NCBI GenBank assembly: GCA_963705295.1
Contig: OY970065.1
Coordinates: forward strand, 864,001-928,000
From: Parachlamydiales bacterium
Lineage (GTDB): Bacteria; Chlamydiota; Chlamydiia; Chlamydiales; Rhabdochlamydiaceae
DNA: 64,000 bases
Direction of reading: 5' to 3'
Part shown: positions 51,114 to 61,010 of the stretch, in pieces
Layout of the letters: each line of letters opens with the position of its first letter
Position numbering within the stretch: the stretch's first letter is position 1
Position numbers and translations under genes: made by a program
The notes under the pieces: model-generated
What the model saw: only the letters and a program-made list of their open reading frames with translations
Databases searched by the model: none
Told to the model about the DNA's origin: nothing

Positions 51114-52582
51114 GTTTGACCTGCATACGATTGCTCGACGAGTTGCCCCGATAAAAATTGCGTGATAGAAGGTGTCGAAATCGGCTCTTGCAGGACGATG
51201 GGGCTATTGAAACGAGCAGGACTATTTCCAACACTGGCTCCGAGGGACCCCCAAGCTAAATAGGCCAAAATTAGACGTAACCCAGTATCTTTTTTGAGAG
51301 CTTGGTCACCGATTTTCATCTGTTGATCAATGACGAAGAAAGCTAGAGGTAAAAAATCGGGAAATTTCACTAAATAGAATTGGAGAGAAGCGAGCCACTG
51401 ATTTGTCGGTTTTTTGCAAAAATGAGCATCGACAAAGCGTGTCAATAGATACGAGATATACGTATTGGCTCCAAAGGAGATGAGAGCGACTTTCCCTTCT
51501 AGGGGTGTCTCAAACATTTGCCACGTCAGATAACCTGCAACCCCTGCAGAGAGAGAGAGTTTTACCGCTATGGTAATTTTTTCATAGAGGCCGAACTCTG
51601 GTCGCCTAAGACGCAGGCTTCTAATATCTTCTGTAGTGAGGGCTAGAAATTTCTGCTGTGCAACAAATTTGCTAGAGCCATAAAGTCCGCCGATAAAACC
51701 GTAACACACATTTAGCGCAGGTTTAGGGATCTTATCGGCTATAAAAAGAGCACCGATGAAATTTCTACTGAGAATATCACAAAGAGCTGCGGTAACACGC
51801 ATGGTTTTTAGCCCAAAAGGAGGCTCTTCAGCTCCCGTCCGGTCCGCCACTTGTGCATCTCGGTATTTTTTTTCTGCATTTTGCCACTGATTCCACAAAA
51901 AACGAGTGAGAAGAGGAACCGCTCCATTTCCTATGAGAAACGATCCCATATCATCGAGAAGATCAAAAGCATTCATAGAGGGGCGGGTATAAGCAAAGGT
52001 GAGTAATGCACTCCCTGCACACGCCTCGGCAATCCGCGCTGCGTAAAAAGAAGCAGTCGAATTCGGTTCGACCATTTGTATCCCATGGGCGGGATCACGG
52101 TTAGACGATAAAGCTAGGAGTTCATCAGCTCTCGTCCTTCTGACCTGAGACAAGAGACTTCCTACAATCCATACGATGGCCATGGCTCTTAAAAAAATCC
52201 AAATCTCTTTCTGGATCTCTTCGCACGATTCATCATTAAAGGGGCAGTTGATATAGACCTGAGTAATCCCTAGAAAGATGGCGATCGACCATTCATTGTT
52301 AAAGTGTGTGACCCGGTTCCGCAATCCAATCGGCGTTGTCTCGAGTCCCACTTGAGCGAAAAAACCACACAAAAGAGCTGAGGTAATTCTCATGGTAGAA
52401 TCTTCGAAAAATCGGGCTCCGACAAACGTCGACACCGTTCCCACAACACAGAGAGCTCCCAGCAACGGTTTCGCCAGTTCTTGTGGGGGGCTTAGCCAAG
52501 AAAAACGTGGGTTGGTTTCTTCGCGGGGTGGTTCCAATGCAAAGCCGCTCGGTGGTTTCAGTCGTGTTGCTTCTGTTGCCAT
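51110..52582 (-). CDS. Hypothetical multi-pass membrane protein
   Basis: 490 aa, GGAGG SD, paired hydrophobic segments. Confidence 0.8.
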   Translation of the reverse strand: MATEATRLKPPSGFALEPPREETNPRFSWLSPPQELAKPLLGALCVVGTVSTFVGARFFEDSTMRITSALLCGFFAQVGLETTPIGLRNRVTHFNNEWSIAIFLGITQVYINCPFNDESCEEIQKEIWIFLRAMAIVWIVGSLLSQVRRTRADELLALSSNRDPAHGIQMVEPNSTASFYAARIAEACAGSALLTFAYTRPSMNAFDLLDDMGSFLIGNGAVPLLTRFLWNQWQNAEKKYRDAQVADRTGAEEPPFGLKTMRVTAALCDILSRNFIGALFIADKIPKPALNVCYGFIGGLYGSSKFVAQQKFLALTTEDIRSLRLRRPEFGLYEKITIAVKLSLSAGVAGYLTWQMFETPLEGKVALISFGANTYISYLLTRFVDAHFCKKPTNQWLASLQFYLVKFPDFLPLAFFVIDQQMKIGDQALKKDTGLRLILAYLAWGSLGASVGNSPARFNSPIVLQEPISTPSITQFLSGQLVEQSYAGQT

Positions 52583-52655
52583 ATTTCCTCCAAAATTCCG
52601 AGAAGTCTACAAAAGGAAAAGATTTTATGTTATAGAAAAAAATATGGAGTCTACT

Positions 52656-52790
52656 ATGAAGCGATTTTGGAGTATCTTAACTGTCTGCACACTGATTTCA
52701 GGATTATTACTGACGGGTTGTTCAAAAGAGGAAGAGGGAGATCTTAGATTTGGTCCTTCTCCCACTGATGAAAAATTTGAGAAAAACTAA
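52656..52790 (+). CDS. Small lipoprotein
   Basis: GGAG SD, MKRFW...LLLTG-C lipobox, 44 aa. Confidence 0.7.
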   Translation: MKRFWSILTVCTLISGLLLTGCSKEEEGDLRFGPSPTDEKFEKN

Positions 52791-53083
52791 CGTTTTTTTC
52801 TAGAACAACAGAAAATCATCAAACCTGCTCCAATGACTGCTAGAGCAATTCCGCCGATGAGAAGAATTCTCATGGGAGTTCTATATTCTTCAGCCTCTCC
52901 ACGGAGAATCCCTCCGACACCTTTGACAATCGGACTGACAATGGGTGTTTCTGAAACCAGGCCTGTTCCTTGATTAATATTAGACTCGGCTCCTTCGACT
53001 CGATACCGGATAACGAGCGCAATGACGATCATGGCAATACCGACAAGAAAAATTACCAAACCTGCTAACCGCTTCCTATTCAT
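52787..53083 (-). CDS. Small two-TM membrane protein
   Basis: GGAGG SD, two hydrophobic helices, similar to 44020-44307. Confidence 0.72.
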   Translation of the reverse strand: MNRKRLAGLVIFLVGIAMIVIALVIRYRVEGAESNINQGTGLVSETPIVSPIVKGVGGILRGEAEEYRTPMRILLIGGIALAVIGAGLMIFCCSRKKR

Positions 53084-53157
53084 TTAGATTCCCTCCAAAT
53101 CTTTTTTCTAATAAAAATGCACGAGAAAGTAAAGAACAATTGTACTATTATTCGCCT

Positions 53158-53817
53158 ATGATAAATGTAAAAGAGGCTGAAAATCTTCAGAAGGAGCTAG
53201 CCGGACGTATTGTTTTGGAAGACTCGTTTTGCAAAATCGAGACAGTTGCAGGGATGGACGTGAGTAACACTTTATTTGATCCTGCCAAGATGATCTATGC
53301 TGCAGCTGTAGTGCTCCGATATCCTGGTTTCCAGAGAATCGAAGAAGCCACTGTTGCTCAGAAGCAGGAATTTCCTTACATTCCTGGACTCCTTGGTTTT
53401 CGTGAAGCTCCTGCATTGATCGAAGCTTTTAAAAACCTTCAAACGAAACCGGATCTTATAATGGTCGATGGACATGGGATCAGCCATCCTAGAAGACTGG
53501 GAATTGCAAGCCATATTGGAGTTGTCTTAGATATCCCCACCATCGGTGTTGCAAAATCGATTCTCGTGGGCGCTCCGGCTGAGCCCTTGGGAGAAGAACC
53601 AGGAAGCCAAACACCCCTTGTTTGGAACAATGAAACGATTGGGATGCTCCTCCGCACCAAAAGGAGAGCCCATCCCATCATTATTTCTTGTGGACACGAG
53701 ATCTCTTTAAAAACAGCAACAGCGTGGGTCCTCCAATCTCTGACAAAATACCGGTTACCTGAGCCAACCCGAAATGCCCACATAGCATCTAATCTTTTTA
53801 GAAAAAGGAGTCGATGA
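53158..53817 (+). CDS. nfi: Endonuclease V
   Basis: [40 protein letters not shown] and YRLPEPTR. Confidence 0.96.
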   Translation: MINVKEAENLQKELAGRIVLEDSFCKIETVAGMDVSNTLFDPAKMIYAAAVVLRYPGFQRIEEATVAQKQEFPYIPGLLGFREAPALIEAFKNLQTKPDLIMVDGHGISHPRRLGIASHIGVVLDIPTIGVAKSILVGAPAEPLGEEPGSQTPLVWNNETIGMLLRTKRRAHPIIISCGHEISLKTATAWVLQSLTKYRLPEPTRNAHIASNLFRKRSR

Positions 53818-54323
53818 TGAATCTATATCAATTCATGACATCCATGATTTGGGCTTCTATAGTCTTTTTGGTCATTGGGGTTGCCCTCTATTTGATTTTG
53901 AGCGGAAGACTCAAATGGGTTGAGTACCAAACAATCCTTGGGAAAATTGGACTCAATATCAGTACAAATCTGGGCATCAAAGATCTAACACCGGATGAAA
54001 TTCTTGCTTTTGAGAGTTTTGTCTATCGGGATTTAGCTGCAATTGAAAGGGGAGCCAGGCTCGCCTACATTATTTTATTTATCGAAAAAGGGCTACTTGG
54101 TGCACAATTCGTCGATAACGTTCTGAAAATAGAATTGACAGACAAAGGAAAACTGCTGCATACGACTCTCATCGCAGAATGTGAAAAAAAGTTGTTGATC
54201 AGTCCCAAAACCGAAATACAGTGGGCAGCGGGTGAGAAAAAAATCGTAGCCAAAGCAGAAAATTTGAAAAAACAAGATTTGGAAGAAGCGTTAAAGAAAT
54301 TACAAAAGGAAGCGAAAACATGA
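53814..54323 (+). CDS. Hypothetical protein with N-terminal TM helix
   Basis: ATGA-coupled to nfi and to the next gene. Confidence 0.7.
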   Translation: MMNLYQFMTSMIWASIVFLVIGVALYLILSGRLKWVEYQTILGKIGLNISTNLGIKDLTPDEILAFESFVYRDLAAIERGARLAYIILFIEKGLLGAQFVDNVLKIELTDKGKLLHTTLIAECEKKLLISPKTEIQWAAGEKKIVAKAENLKKQDLEEALKKLQKEAKT

Positions 54324-54865
54324 AAAAACTCGTCTGCGTCGTGATCTTAGGTTTTACAAGCTATATTTGGGGCGACAACACCCTCGGTGTTGAACAATTG
54401 AAAAAAGGAATCGAGCAAGCAAGTGATGCGCAAGACTATCTTGATTCTTACAATTGGAAACACCTCTTGGAAAAGAAACCGTATTCGAACGCCATTACGA
54501 TCACAGAGATCAAATTTAATGGGCATCCGTGTGGTGTGGTTGTGAAGCCGGGTGAGAAAATCGAGGGGAAGCTCCGTTTTGAACTCGATCGTAAGGAGTG
54601 CAGGGATATGAGGTATCACCGGATTATTCTTGGATTCAAAGATCTCGGTGCACAAACATCCATTGGTGCAGGGCTTGGTTTTTTTGCTCATAAGGATGGC
54701 AAGGAAAAATTTGAACTTACAGCTCCAAAAGAACCGGGTCTTTATCAAGTCCGATTCCGTCATGTTCAAGCGTTTTCCGAAGATGATGCTTTAGCAAAAT
54801 GGGTGGACTCGAAGAAAAGACAACCGTATTCCCGAACGACGTTGGGATTTGTCTTAGTTCGATGA
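54320..54865 (+). CDS. Hypothetical exported protein
   Basis: Signal peptide and Ig-like LTAPKEPGLYQVRF. Confidence 0.7.
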   Translation: MKKLVCVVILGFTSYIWGDNTLGVEQLKKGIEQASDAQDYLDSYNWKHLLEKKPYSNAITITEIKFNGHPCGVVVKPGEKIEGKLRFELDRKECRDMRYHRIILGFKDLGAQTSIGAGLGFFAHKDGKEKFELTAPKEPGLYQVRFRHVQAFSEDDALAKWVDSKKRQPYSRTTLGFVLVR

Positions 54866-55656
54866 AAAATGGAATCGAAACCTTTGAATTGACACATTAT
54901 TATAACACAAATCCAGCTGTGGATCGGTTGTCATTCCAAGTGCATGCAGGTTCCGTTTTCGGATTACTAGGGCCCAATGGAGCGGGGAAGAGCACCCTCA
55001 TCAAAATGTTAACCACGCTCCTTCCGCCCACCTCGGGAACAGCCTCTATCATGGGTTATGATCTGATCCGCGAGCCTGCTTCGATCCGGAAAAAAATTGG
55101 ATATGTTCCACAATTGATTTCCGCTGATGGTGATCTGACGGGATATGAAAATCTCCTTCTATCAGCAAAGTTGTATGGATTGAAGAGATCGTATCGAAAA
55201 AAAAGGATCCATGAAGTTCTCGATTTCATGGAACTCGCCCCTTTTTCCAATAAACTCGTGAGTCAGTATTCTGGGGGAATGATCCGCCGTTTAGAAATTG
55301 CACAAGCCGTACTCCATAATCCTGACGTCCTTTTTCTCGATGAACCGAGCGTTGGGCTCGACCCAGCTGCAAGGAAAGCTCTTTGGCATCGGATCCAAGA
55401 ATGGAGAAAACACTTTCGCACCACTCTTTTGATTACGACGCATGACATGGACGAGGCCGACTATCTATGCGATACCGTCGCTTTCATGTATCAGGGTAAA
55501 ATTGTCGCGCTCGACAAACCGGCCAAACTTAAAAGCGCCATAGGAGCGAAAGCGACACTCGATGATGTGTTCATTCACTTTACAGGTAGCTCAATAACAC
55601 AAGGAGAAGATTACCATAATGTCAGACAAGTTCGGCGCACGATCTCTCATCAATAA
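54862..55656 (+). CDS. ABC-2 type exporter ATP-binding subunit (DrrA-like)
   Basis: GPNGAGKST, YSGGMIRRLEIA, LDEP and TTHDMDEA. Confidence 0.93.
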   Translation: MKNGIETFELTHYYNTNPAVDRLSFQVHAGSVFGLLGPNGAGKSTLIKMLTTLLPPTSGTASIMGYDLIREPASIRKKIGYVPQLISADGDLTGYENLLLSAKLYGLKRSYRKKRIHEVLDFMELAPFSNKLVSQYSGGMIRRLEIAQAVLHNPDVLFLDEPSVGLDPAARKALWHRIQEWRKHFRTTLLITTHDMDEADYLCDTVAFMYQGKIVALDKPAKLKSAIGAKATLDDVFIHFTGSSITQGEDYHNVRQVRRTISHQ

Positions 55657-56422
55657 ATTACACTTAAGACAGATGTGGGCCATCATCGAAGCCGACCTGC
55701 GGAAGCTCATGCACGATCCTTCCGAACTCTTAACACGGATGATCCAGCCGATCATTTGGATTATGATTTTCGGACAAGCCATGACCCATGCCCAAATCAT
55801 GCCGACCGGCTCGATTCCTTATTTGGATTACATGATCCCGGGAGTTGCAGCTCAAAGTATTTTGTTTGTTTCGATCTTTTATGGAATTGCTCTGATTTGG
55901 GAAAAAGATTTAGGAACCCTGCACAAGATTTTAGTCACACCCGCACCTCGTGTCGTTCTCGTGATAGGGAGGGCTTGTGCTGCCGCCATCCGTGGCCTCT
56001 CTCAACTCTGGATTATCTATCTTTTATCTTTTTTTCTAGGAGTTCATTTGAGATGGGATCTTCTTTCCCTTCTCGGCGTGGGTGCCATTTCAGTCCTTAC
56101 AGCAGCCATTTTCTCAACATTTTCTCTCATCGTTGCTACAATTGTGAAAAAAAGAGAGAGATTCATGGGGATAGGACAAGCTCTCACCATGCCTCTTTTT
56201 TTCGCTAGCAACGCCCTCTATCCGATCGAGTTGATGCCGAAGTGGATCAAAATTCTCTCCCTTCTCAATCCCCTCACATATCAGGTCGATGCTCTGAGAA
56301 CCCTCATGATCCAAAATCAACCCTCCCATTTTGGCCTAGGACTCGACTTTTCCATCGGCATCGCCGTGTTCATTCTTCTCACTCTGATTGCTACAAAACT
56401 GTATCCCAAAATCTTGTATTAA
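55619..56422 (+). CDS. ABC-2 type exporter permease
   Basis: YMIPG, PLFFASNALYPI..MP.W and NPLTYQVDALR. Confidence 0.92.
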   Translation: MSDKFGARSLINKLHLRQMWAIIEADLRKLMHDPSELLTRMIQPIIWIMIFGQAMTHAQIMPTGSIPYLDYMIPGVAAQSILFVSIFYGIALIWEKDLGTLHKILVTPAPRVVLVIGRACAAAIRGLSQLWIIYLLSFFLGVHLRWDLLSLLGVGAISVLTAAIFSTFSLIVATIVKKRERFMGIGQALTMPLFFASNALYPIELMPKWIKILSLLNPLTYQVDALRTLMIQNQPSHFGLGLDFSIGIAVFILLTLIATKLYPKILY

Positions 56423-57582
56423 ATTGCTTCGACGTTGATTTGGAAGCCATTTCCCACGTCGCGGAGGGTGAAGGCGCGGCGGTAGGCAAAATTTGCGTGC
56501 TCGCGGAGGTATTTCATGGAGGCTTCTCGATCGAGGGAGTAGTCTGCGAGGTAAAGAGGGCGCAAAGCAGGCATGTATGTTGATGCAATCGAGGCTATTT
56601 TCTGCAAAAGGGCTGTCATTTTGGATTGATCGAGGGGCGTGGGAGTTTTTTTGATCTCTGCTTCGATGGCTTTTTGGATGAGGGGGAAGACTTCTTGTTT
56701 GGTGATCAGTTCTCCCGTCGGCATCCGGATCAACGCATTGTCCGAAATATGGGAAAGCTCATGGTTGCAAAATTCTTCAAGGTGAGTGAAGTGTTTCATA
56801 AAAGTCCCATCCGAACGGATTTTATATCCCCAATCGAAGATGAAACGAGCCTCTTTATTAGTAGGGGAACCAAAAATTGCCACAGGTAAAGATCCTTCTT
56901 GGGTTGTTTGTTCTCTCAAAATAGTATCTAAACCAGGAGGAATCAAAGCGACAGCATTCGCATGCTCAGGTGTTAAGATAAGGTTGCCGCACAGAAGATT
57001 TTCTTCGGGGATATCTAAGCCGTTTTTTCTCAAAGTATTGACAACTTTCGCAATAGGTGGAAGATTTTCTAAGACAGCTACGCAAGCTTGCCGAGGGAAA
57101 TATTTGCCGATATTTTGCATTCTCGATAGATAGACAATTCTATCTGGAGAGAGAGTCCGGCCAGAGAATTTTTGGGAGTAGATCCGTTCCATGAGACTTC
57201 TGAAATTGCTGAGTATCGGCTGAATTTCTTCCGGCTTTTCCAATTTATAGGCGATGTCGACCAAAAAAAATGAAATTTCGCTGAACCCTTGTTCAATGAG
57301 AGCTCGTCCGACGACGTATTCGACCAGTAGTTTCCCAGAGCCGAGAGAGAGTAGAACTACAGGTTTATCCCGTGGACACTGATGGACCATATTTTCAACC
57401 ATCTGTTGGATGAATTGTTTCCGGCTTTCCCATTCTCCAGCAGGGGAATCGACCATACAATATAAATGGGTATCTCTTAGATGAAGGACTCTGAGAGTTT
57501 TTTTAAACGTATCATCGCGAGAGCAACGTTCCTGAAGGGGTAATTTCCCGACCCATGTTAAATCTAAAGTTGGTATGCACAT
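56419..57582 (-). CDS. Hypothetical protein
   Basis: 387-aa ORF with a Rossmann-like LLSLGSGKL...LVD segment. Confidence 0.75.
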   Translation of the reverse strand: MCIPTLDLTWVGKLPLQERCSRDDTFKKTLRVLHLRDTHLYCMVDSPAGEWESRKQFIQQMVENMVHQCPRDKPVVLLSLGSGKLLVEYVVGRALIEQGFSEISFFLVDIAYKLEKPEEIQPILSNFRSLMERIYSQKFSGRTLSPDRIVYLSRMQNIGKYFPRQACVAVLENLPPIAKVVNTLRKNGLDIPEENLLCGNLILTPEHANAVALIPPGLDTILREQTTQEGSLPVAIFGSPTNKEARFIFDWGYKIRSDGTFMKHFTHLEEFCNHELSHISDNALIRMPTGELITKQEVFPLIQKAIEAEIKKTPTPLDQSKMTALLQKIASIASTYMPALRPLYLADYSLDREASMKYLREHANFAYRRAFTLRDVGNGFQINVEAI

Positions 57583-57660
57583 ATAAGAATGATTATAAAC
57601 AATTTATAATAAAAATAAAACCTTGTTGTTTAAATAAAAATGTATATAATAATAATTATT

Positions 57661-58098
57661 ATGATTTATACAAAGTATAATACAGCAGGGCAGCCAGAAA
57701 AGCTACTCCCTCTATTTCAAAGGGTTAAGATCCGTCTTAATTCCTTATTAGAGGCTATAACTCAGGTATTTAGAAATGCTTTCAAAGGGGTTGAAAAGGA
57801 ACCGGTTAGAAAGGTTAGTATATCTAAGGTCGAAAAAAGAAAGGAAGAGATGCAGGAAACTATTTTAGATTTATTGACGGCAAAGCCCCAATATCCTAAG
57901 TATCAATGGGCTGAAGAGCTGAAAGAAAGATTAGATATTATTCTCAAATCCTTAGAGGCTTACAATAAAGATATGAATCCCGAGGAACGGGTTAGTGAAG
58001 TGGTATTGCTCAGCTTGCGCAAGCTTCCATGGCGTGATATCACACATGAAGAGGTTTGCAAGAACGCCGATTTTCTTCTGAATTCTTATCGTAGATAA
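57661..58098 (+). CDS. Hypothetical protein
   Basis: AT-rich helical ORF. Confidence 0.6.
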   Translation: MIYTKYNTAGQPEKLLPLFQRVKIRLNSLLEAITQVFRNAFKGVEKEPVRKVSISKVEKRKEEMQETILDLLTAKPQYPKYQWAEELKERLDIILKSLEAYNKDMNPEERVSEVVLLSLRKLPWRDITHEEVCKNADFLLNSYRR

Positions 58099-58606
58099 GT
58101 TTTTTTCTGTAGATGCGCAAGAAAGGGGTCAAATGGTGGAGTTTGGCTGTCTTTCTACTTTGAATATGAAAGACTTTCCATTTCTGAGTAGTAAGGGCAT
58201 CTGCAACCAAACTCCGATGACATCGCCAAGGGACTGCCTCGCTGCATAGAAGAGCTGCCGTTTTTTTCAGAGCTATTTTTTCAGCTTTTGAGAGCCCCTT
58301 TTTAAAAGAGTCTGTTTCCATGTAATCGGCATATCCTCGAAACGAAGCATTCCTCCAACTTGTATTGACGGAATCTTTTCTCGCATGTCTGAGGCCACCC
58401 AATTCTTTCAGGTGCCTGTAACCGATTTTGGCTTTGGATAAAGACCGCTTGAGAGCGGCTTGATCAAATTGAGGACAGTAGCGTGAGCGAGGGATAGTTC
58501 GGATGTCTAAGACAATTTCTATTCCATGAGCTTTTAAGAGATCAATAAAGGTCTTAATGGGTCTTGTCGAATGGCCAATTGTGAAGATCTGTTTTTTTAT
58601 TGACAT
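58040..58606 (-). CDS. DUF488 family protein
   Basis: FTIGHSTR, DIRTIPRSR, LGGLR and LCSEAVPWRCHR. Confidence 0.92.
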   Translation of the reverse strand: MSIKKQIFTIGHSTRPIKTFIDLLKAHGIEIVLDIRTIPRSRYCPQFDQAALKRSLSKAKIGYRHLKELGGLRHARKDSVNTSWRNASFRGYADYMETDSFKKGLSKAEKIALKKTAALLCSEAVPWRCHRSLVADALTTQKWKVFHIQSRKTAKLHHLTPFLRIYRKKLIYDKNSEENRRSCKPLHV

Positions 58607-58640
58607 CTCTTACTTCGTCCTATCACAATGATGCTCATAA

Positions 58641-59417
58641 ATGCTATTGCAGGATATAGAGATTTCTTTAGACGATCCTCAAAAGACCCTGGCAAAATAT
58701 ACAGAAATCTTGGCTCTTACAGAAATCAGGGCTGGAGCTTTCGCTCGGTATTTACCTTTTTCTTTTTTGAATCAAATCTTTCTTCTTTCGAGATGCGCGG
58801 TGACGATTCCACCCCCCATGGTCAATCGAGCCCCCTTTTTGATCTCTTCCATTGCAGCTCTCATGAAGGGGCTTTCGCAAGGTGGAAAAAAATTGTCACC
58901 GATGGTGGCCCTTTGCATGCAGGGCCTTCTTTTTAACATCGGTTTTCTTCTCTTTGGAAAAAGAGCTTTGGGACTCCTCATGGGCTGTGTTTTAGCGTCC
59001 GTCTGGGGGAGTGTTCAAATCGGTATCGTGATGACCCTTTTCTTCGGTGGGCCGTTTTATAAAATTTTGATGGCTTATTCTTTGTTTAAAATGGTTGCAA
59101 GTATCGCCGTTTCTTTCTTATCCATGAAAATCTCTGAGGAACGATTCCGCCGTTATACTGATATTTTCCGCCAAAAAAAAATGGACCGAGGAACCAAACC
59201 TTTAAAGATCGTTTTGAATGCCGTGATCGAAACAGCTTTCGTTTTCTCACTAGGGTATTTCCTTTTTTCTTTCGAGTTAATAAAACCGATCGTCTTTTAT
59301 TTTGCGTGGGCCATTCTGAACCAACTCGTGCCGACACAGCGGTGGGTCAAATTCCTTGCGAAAAAATTTCCCTCTGTACAACAAACCTATCAAGATATTA
59401 AAGCATGGAAGAAGTGA
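58641..59417 (+). CDS. Hypothetical membrane protein
   Basis: Hydrophobic 258-aa ORF upstream of the SOD gene. Confidence 0.65.
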   Translation: MLLQDIEISLDDPQKTLAKYTEILALTEIRAGAFARYLPFSFLNQIFLLSRCAVTIPPPMVNRAPFLISSIAALMKGLSQGGKKLSPMVALCMQGLLFNIGFLLFGKRALGLLMGCVLASVWGSVQIGIVMTLFFGGPFYKILMAYSLFKMVASIAVSFLSMKISEERFRRYTDIFRQKKMDRGTKPLKIVLNAVIETAFVFSLGYFLFSFELIKPIVFYFAWAILNQLVPTQRWVKFLAKKFPSVQQTYQDIKAWKK

Positions 59418-60046
59418 TGAGAAAATTAATTTTTCTGCTTGCAGTAACGTATGTAGGAATGGTGGCTGGTTATCAAGCCAAAAACTATTCCCATCTTGTG
59501 GGAATGCCCGGTTTCAGTCAAAAGGCCTTAGAAGCTCATTTCAAACTCTATCAAGGGTATGTGACCAATACGAACCTCCTTTTGACCACTTTGGAAAAGC
59601 TCGCTGCCGATGGGAAAAATAAAACTCCTGAATATGCTGAGCTAAAGCGCCGTTTTGGATGGGAGTTCGATGGGATGAGGCTGCACGAGTATTATTTTGA
59701 TAATTTAGGCGGAAAAGATTCTGCTTTGGATTCTAAGCATGCTCTTTATGTCCAGATCGAGAAAGATTTTGGGAGCTATGAAAAATGGAAAGCCGATTTC
59801 GTTGCAACAGGATCGATGCGAGGGATAGGTTGGGCCGTACTCTATCAAGATCCTGCAACGGGACGTCTCATCAACACATGGATCAATGAACACGATGTCG
59901 GACATTTAGCCGGTGGAAAACCGATCCTCATCATGGATGTTTTCGAACACGCCTATATGATCGATTATCTTTTGGATCGAGCTTCGTATATCGATGCTTT
60001 TTTCAAAAATCTCAACTGGGACATCATTCAACACCGGTATCAATGA
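59417..60046 (+). CDS. Fe/Mn superoxide dismutase with signal-peptide-like N-terminus
   Basis: LEAH, LHEYYFDNL, GIGWA and DVFEHAY metal ligands. Confidence 0.92.
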   Translation: MRKLIFLLAVTYVGMVAGYQAKNYSHLVGMPGFSQKALEAHFKLYQGYVTNTNLLLTTLEKLAADGKNKTPEYAELKRRFGWEFDGMRLHEYYFDNLGGKDSALDSKHALYVQIEKDFGSYEKWKADFVATGSMRGIGWAVLYQDPATGRLINTWINEHDVGHLAGGKPILIMDVFEHAYMIDYLLDRASYIDAFFKNLNWDIIQHRYQ

Positions 60047-60999
60047 AATTATACCGAAACAACTTGAAGAATCGGGAATTTGACAAGGAGGCTCCTCAGA
60101 ATTTTTGTTTGGAGCGAGCGACCATTGCCGAGAGGCAAGGCGCGAGTGAAAACAAAAATTCTGAGGTAAAGCCGACGCCGTCAAAACCCGATTCTTCAGG
60201 TTGTTTTGGTATACCTCTTTTAGGCCTAGGAACTTCGGATCTTCGTGGACGAGAATGTACCGAAATCGTCGCTGAGGCCCTTGAACTCGGTTACCGTCAC
60301 ATCGATACTGCCCATGATTATGAAAATCATAAGGCCATTCAAAAGGGAATGAAAGATTTTGATCGAGAGAAAATTTTTCTAACGACCAAACTCGAATTGA
60401 ATCAGGTCGATCTGCGTGACATTTCCGGCTCAGTTGAAAAAGCTTGCGATCTAGCATTGAAGGAACTTGGAACCGATTATCTCGACCTCTACCTCATCCA
60501 TTGGCCTGATCATAATTTTTCAATGTCAAACATTTTCAAAGCAGTGAAAAAGTTAATCCAGAAAAGAAAAATCAAGAAAGCCGGTGTCAGTAATTTCACA
60601 ATCCACCACTTGAAAGACCTTTTGGAAGAGGATGGCAAACCAATTGCCAACCAAGTCGAATTTCATCCGTATCTCTATCAAAAAGAGCTTCTAAAGTTTT
60701 GCATTGCACACCGCATCCAGCTCATCGCGTATAGACCGTTTGGAAAAGGTGCTCTGTTGAAAGATCCCGTCTTCAAAAAGATCGGCAAAAACTACAATAA
60801 AACCGCAGGGCAAGTGATCTTACGGTGGCTCATTCAGAAAAATATTCCGACAATTCCCAAAGCTTCCTCTTATGAACATCTCAAAGAAAACATCGAAATT
60901 TTTGACTTTGCTCTCACAGCCAAAGAAATGAAAGAAATCGACCAGCTCAATAAGAACAAACGTTTTTGCGGAGCCGAAAATCCAGAATTTAACTATTAA
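60043..60999 (+). CDS. Aldo/keto reductase carrying an in-frame 54-aa palindromic-element insert
   Basis: PLLGLGT, GYRHIDTA..Y, TTK, YLIHWP, GVSNF, NQVEFHP and IPKAS. Confidence 0.93.
   Translation: MKLYRNNLKNREFDKEAPQNFCLERATIAERQGASENKNSEVKPTPSKPDSSGCFGIPLLGLGTSDLRGRECTEIVAEALELGYRHIDTAHDYENHKAIQKGMKDFDREKIFLTTKLELNQVDLRDISGSVEKACDLALKELGTDYLDLYLIHWPDHNFSMSNIFKAVKKLIQKRKIKKAGVSNFTIHHLKDLLEEDGKPIANQVEFHPYLYQKELLKFCIAHRIQLIAYRPFGKGALLKDPVFKKIGKNYNKTAGQVILRWLIQKNIPTIPKASSYEHLKENIEIFDFALTAKEMKEIDQLNKNKRFCGAENPEFNY
60050..60213 (+). repeat. Long-hairpin palindromic element type C (RPE-like), inserted at TA
   Basis: TATACCGAAACAACTTGAAGAATCGGG ... CCCGATTCTTCAGGTTGTTTTGGTATA, with inner CCTCAGAATTTTTGTTT/AAACAAAAATTCTGAGG. 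Confidence 0.93.
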
Positions 61000-61010
61000 G
61001 AGAGGTATTA

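Noticed and set aside
52392..52655. N-terminal 88 aa of the tracked 132-aa ORF
   Set aside because: Overlaps the opposite-strand 490-aa gene. The SD and lipobox point to a 44-aa lipoprotein starting at 52656.
59906..60457. 183-aa minus-strand ORF
   Set aside because: Antisense to sod and the AKR gene. It is open partly because the palindromic insert is stop-free on both strands.
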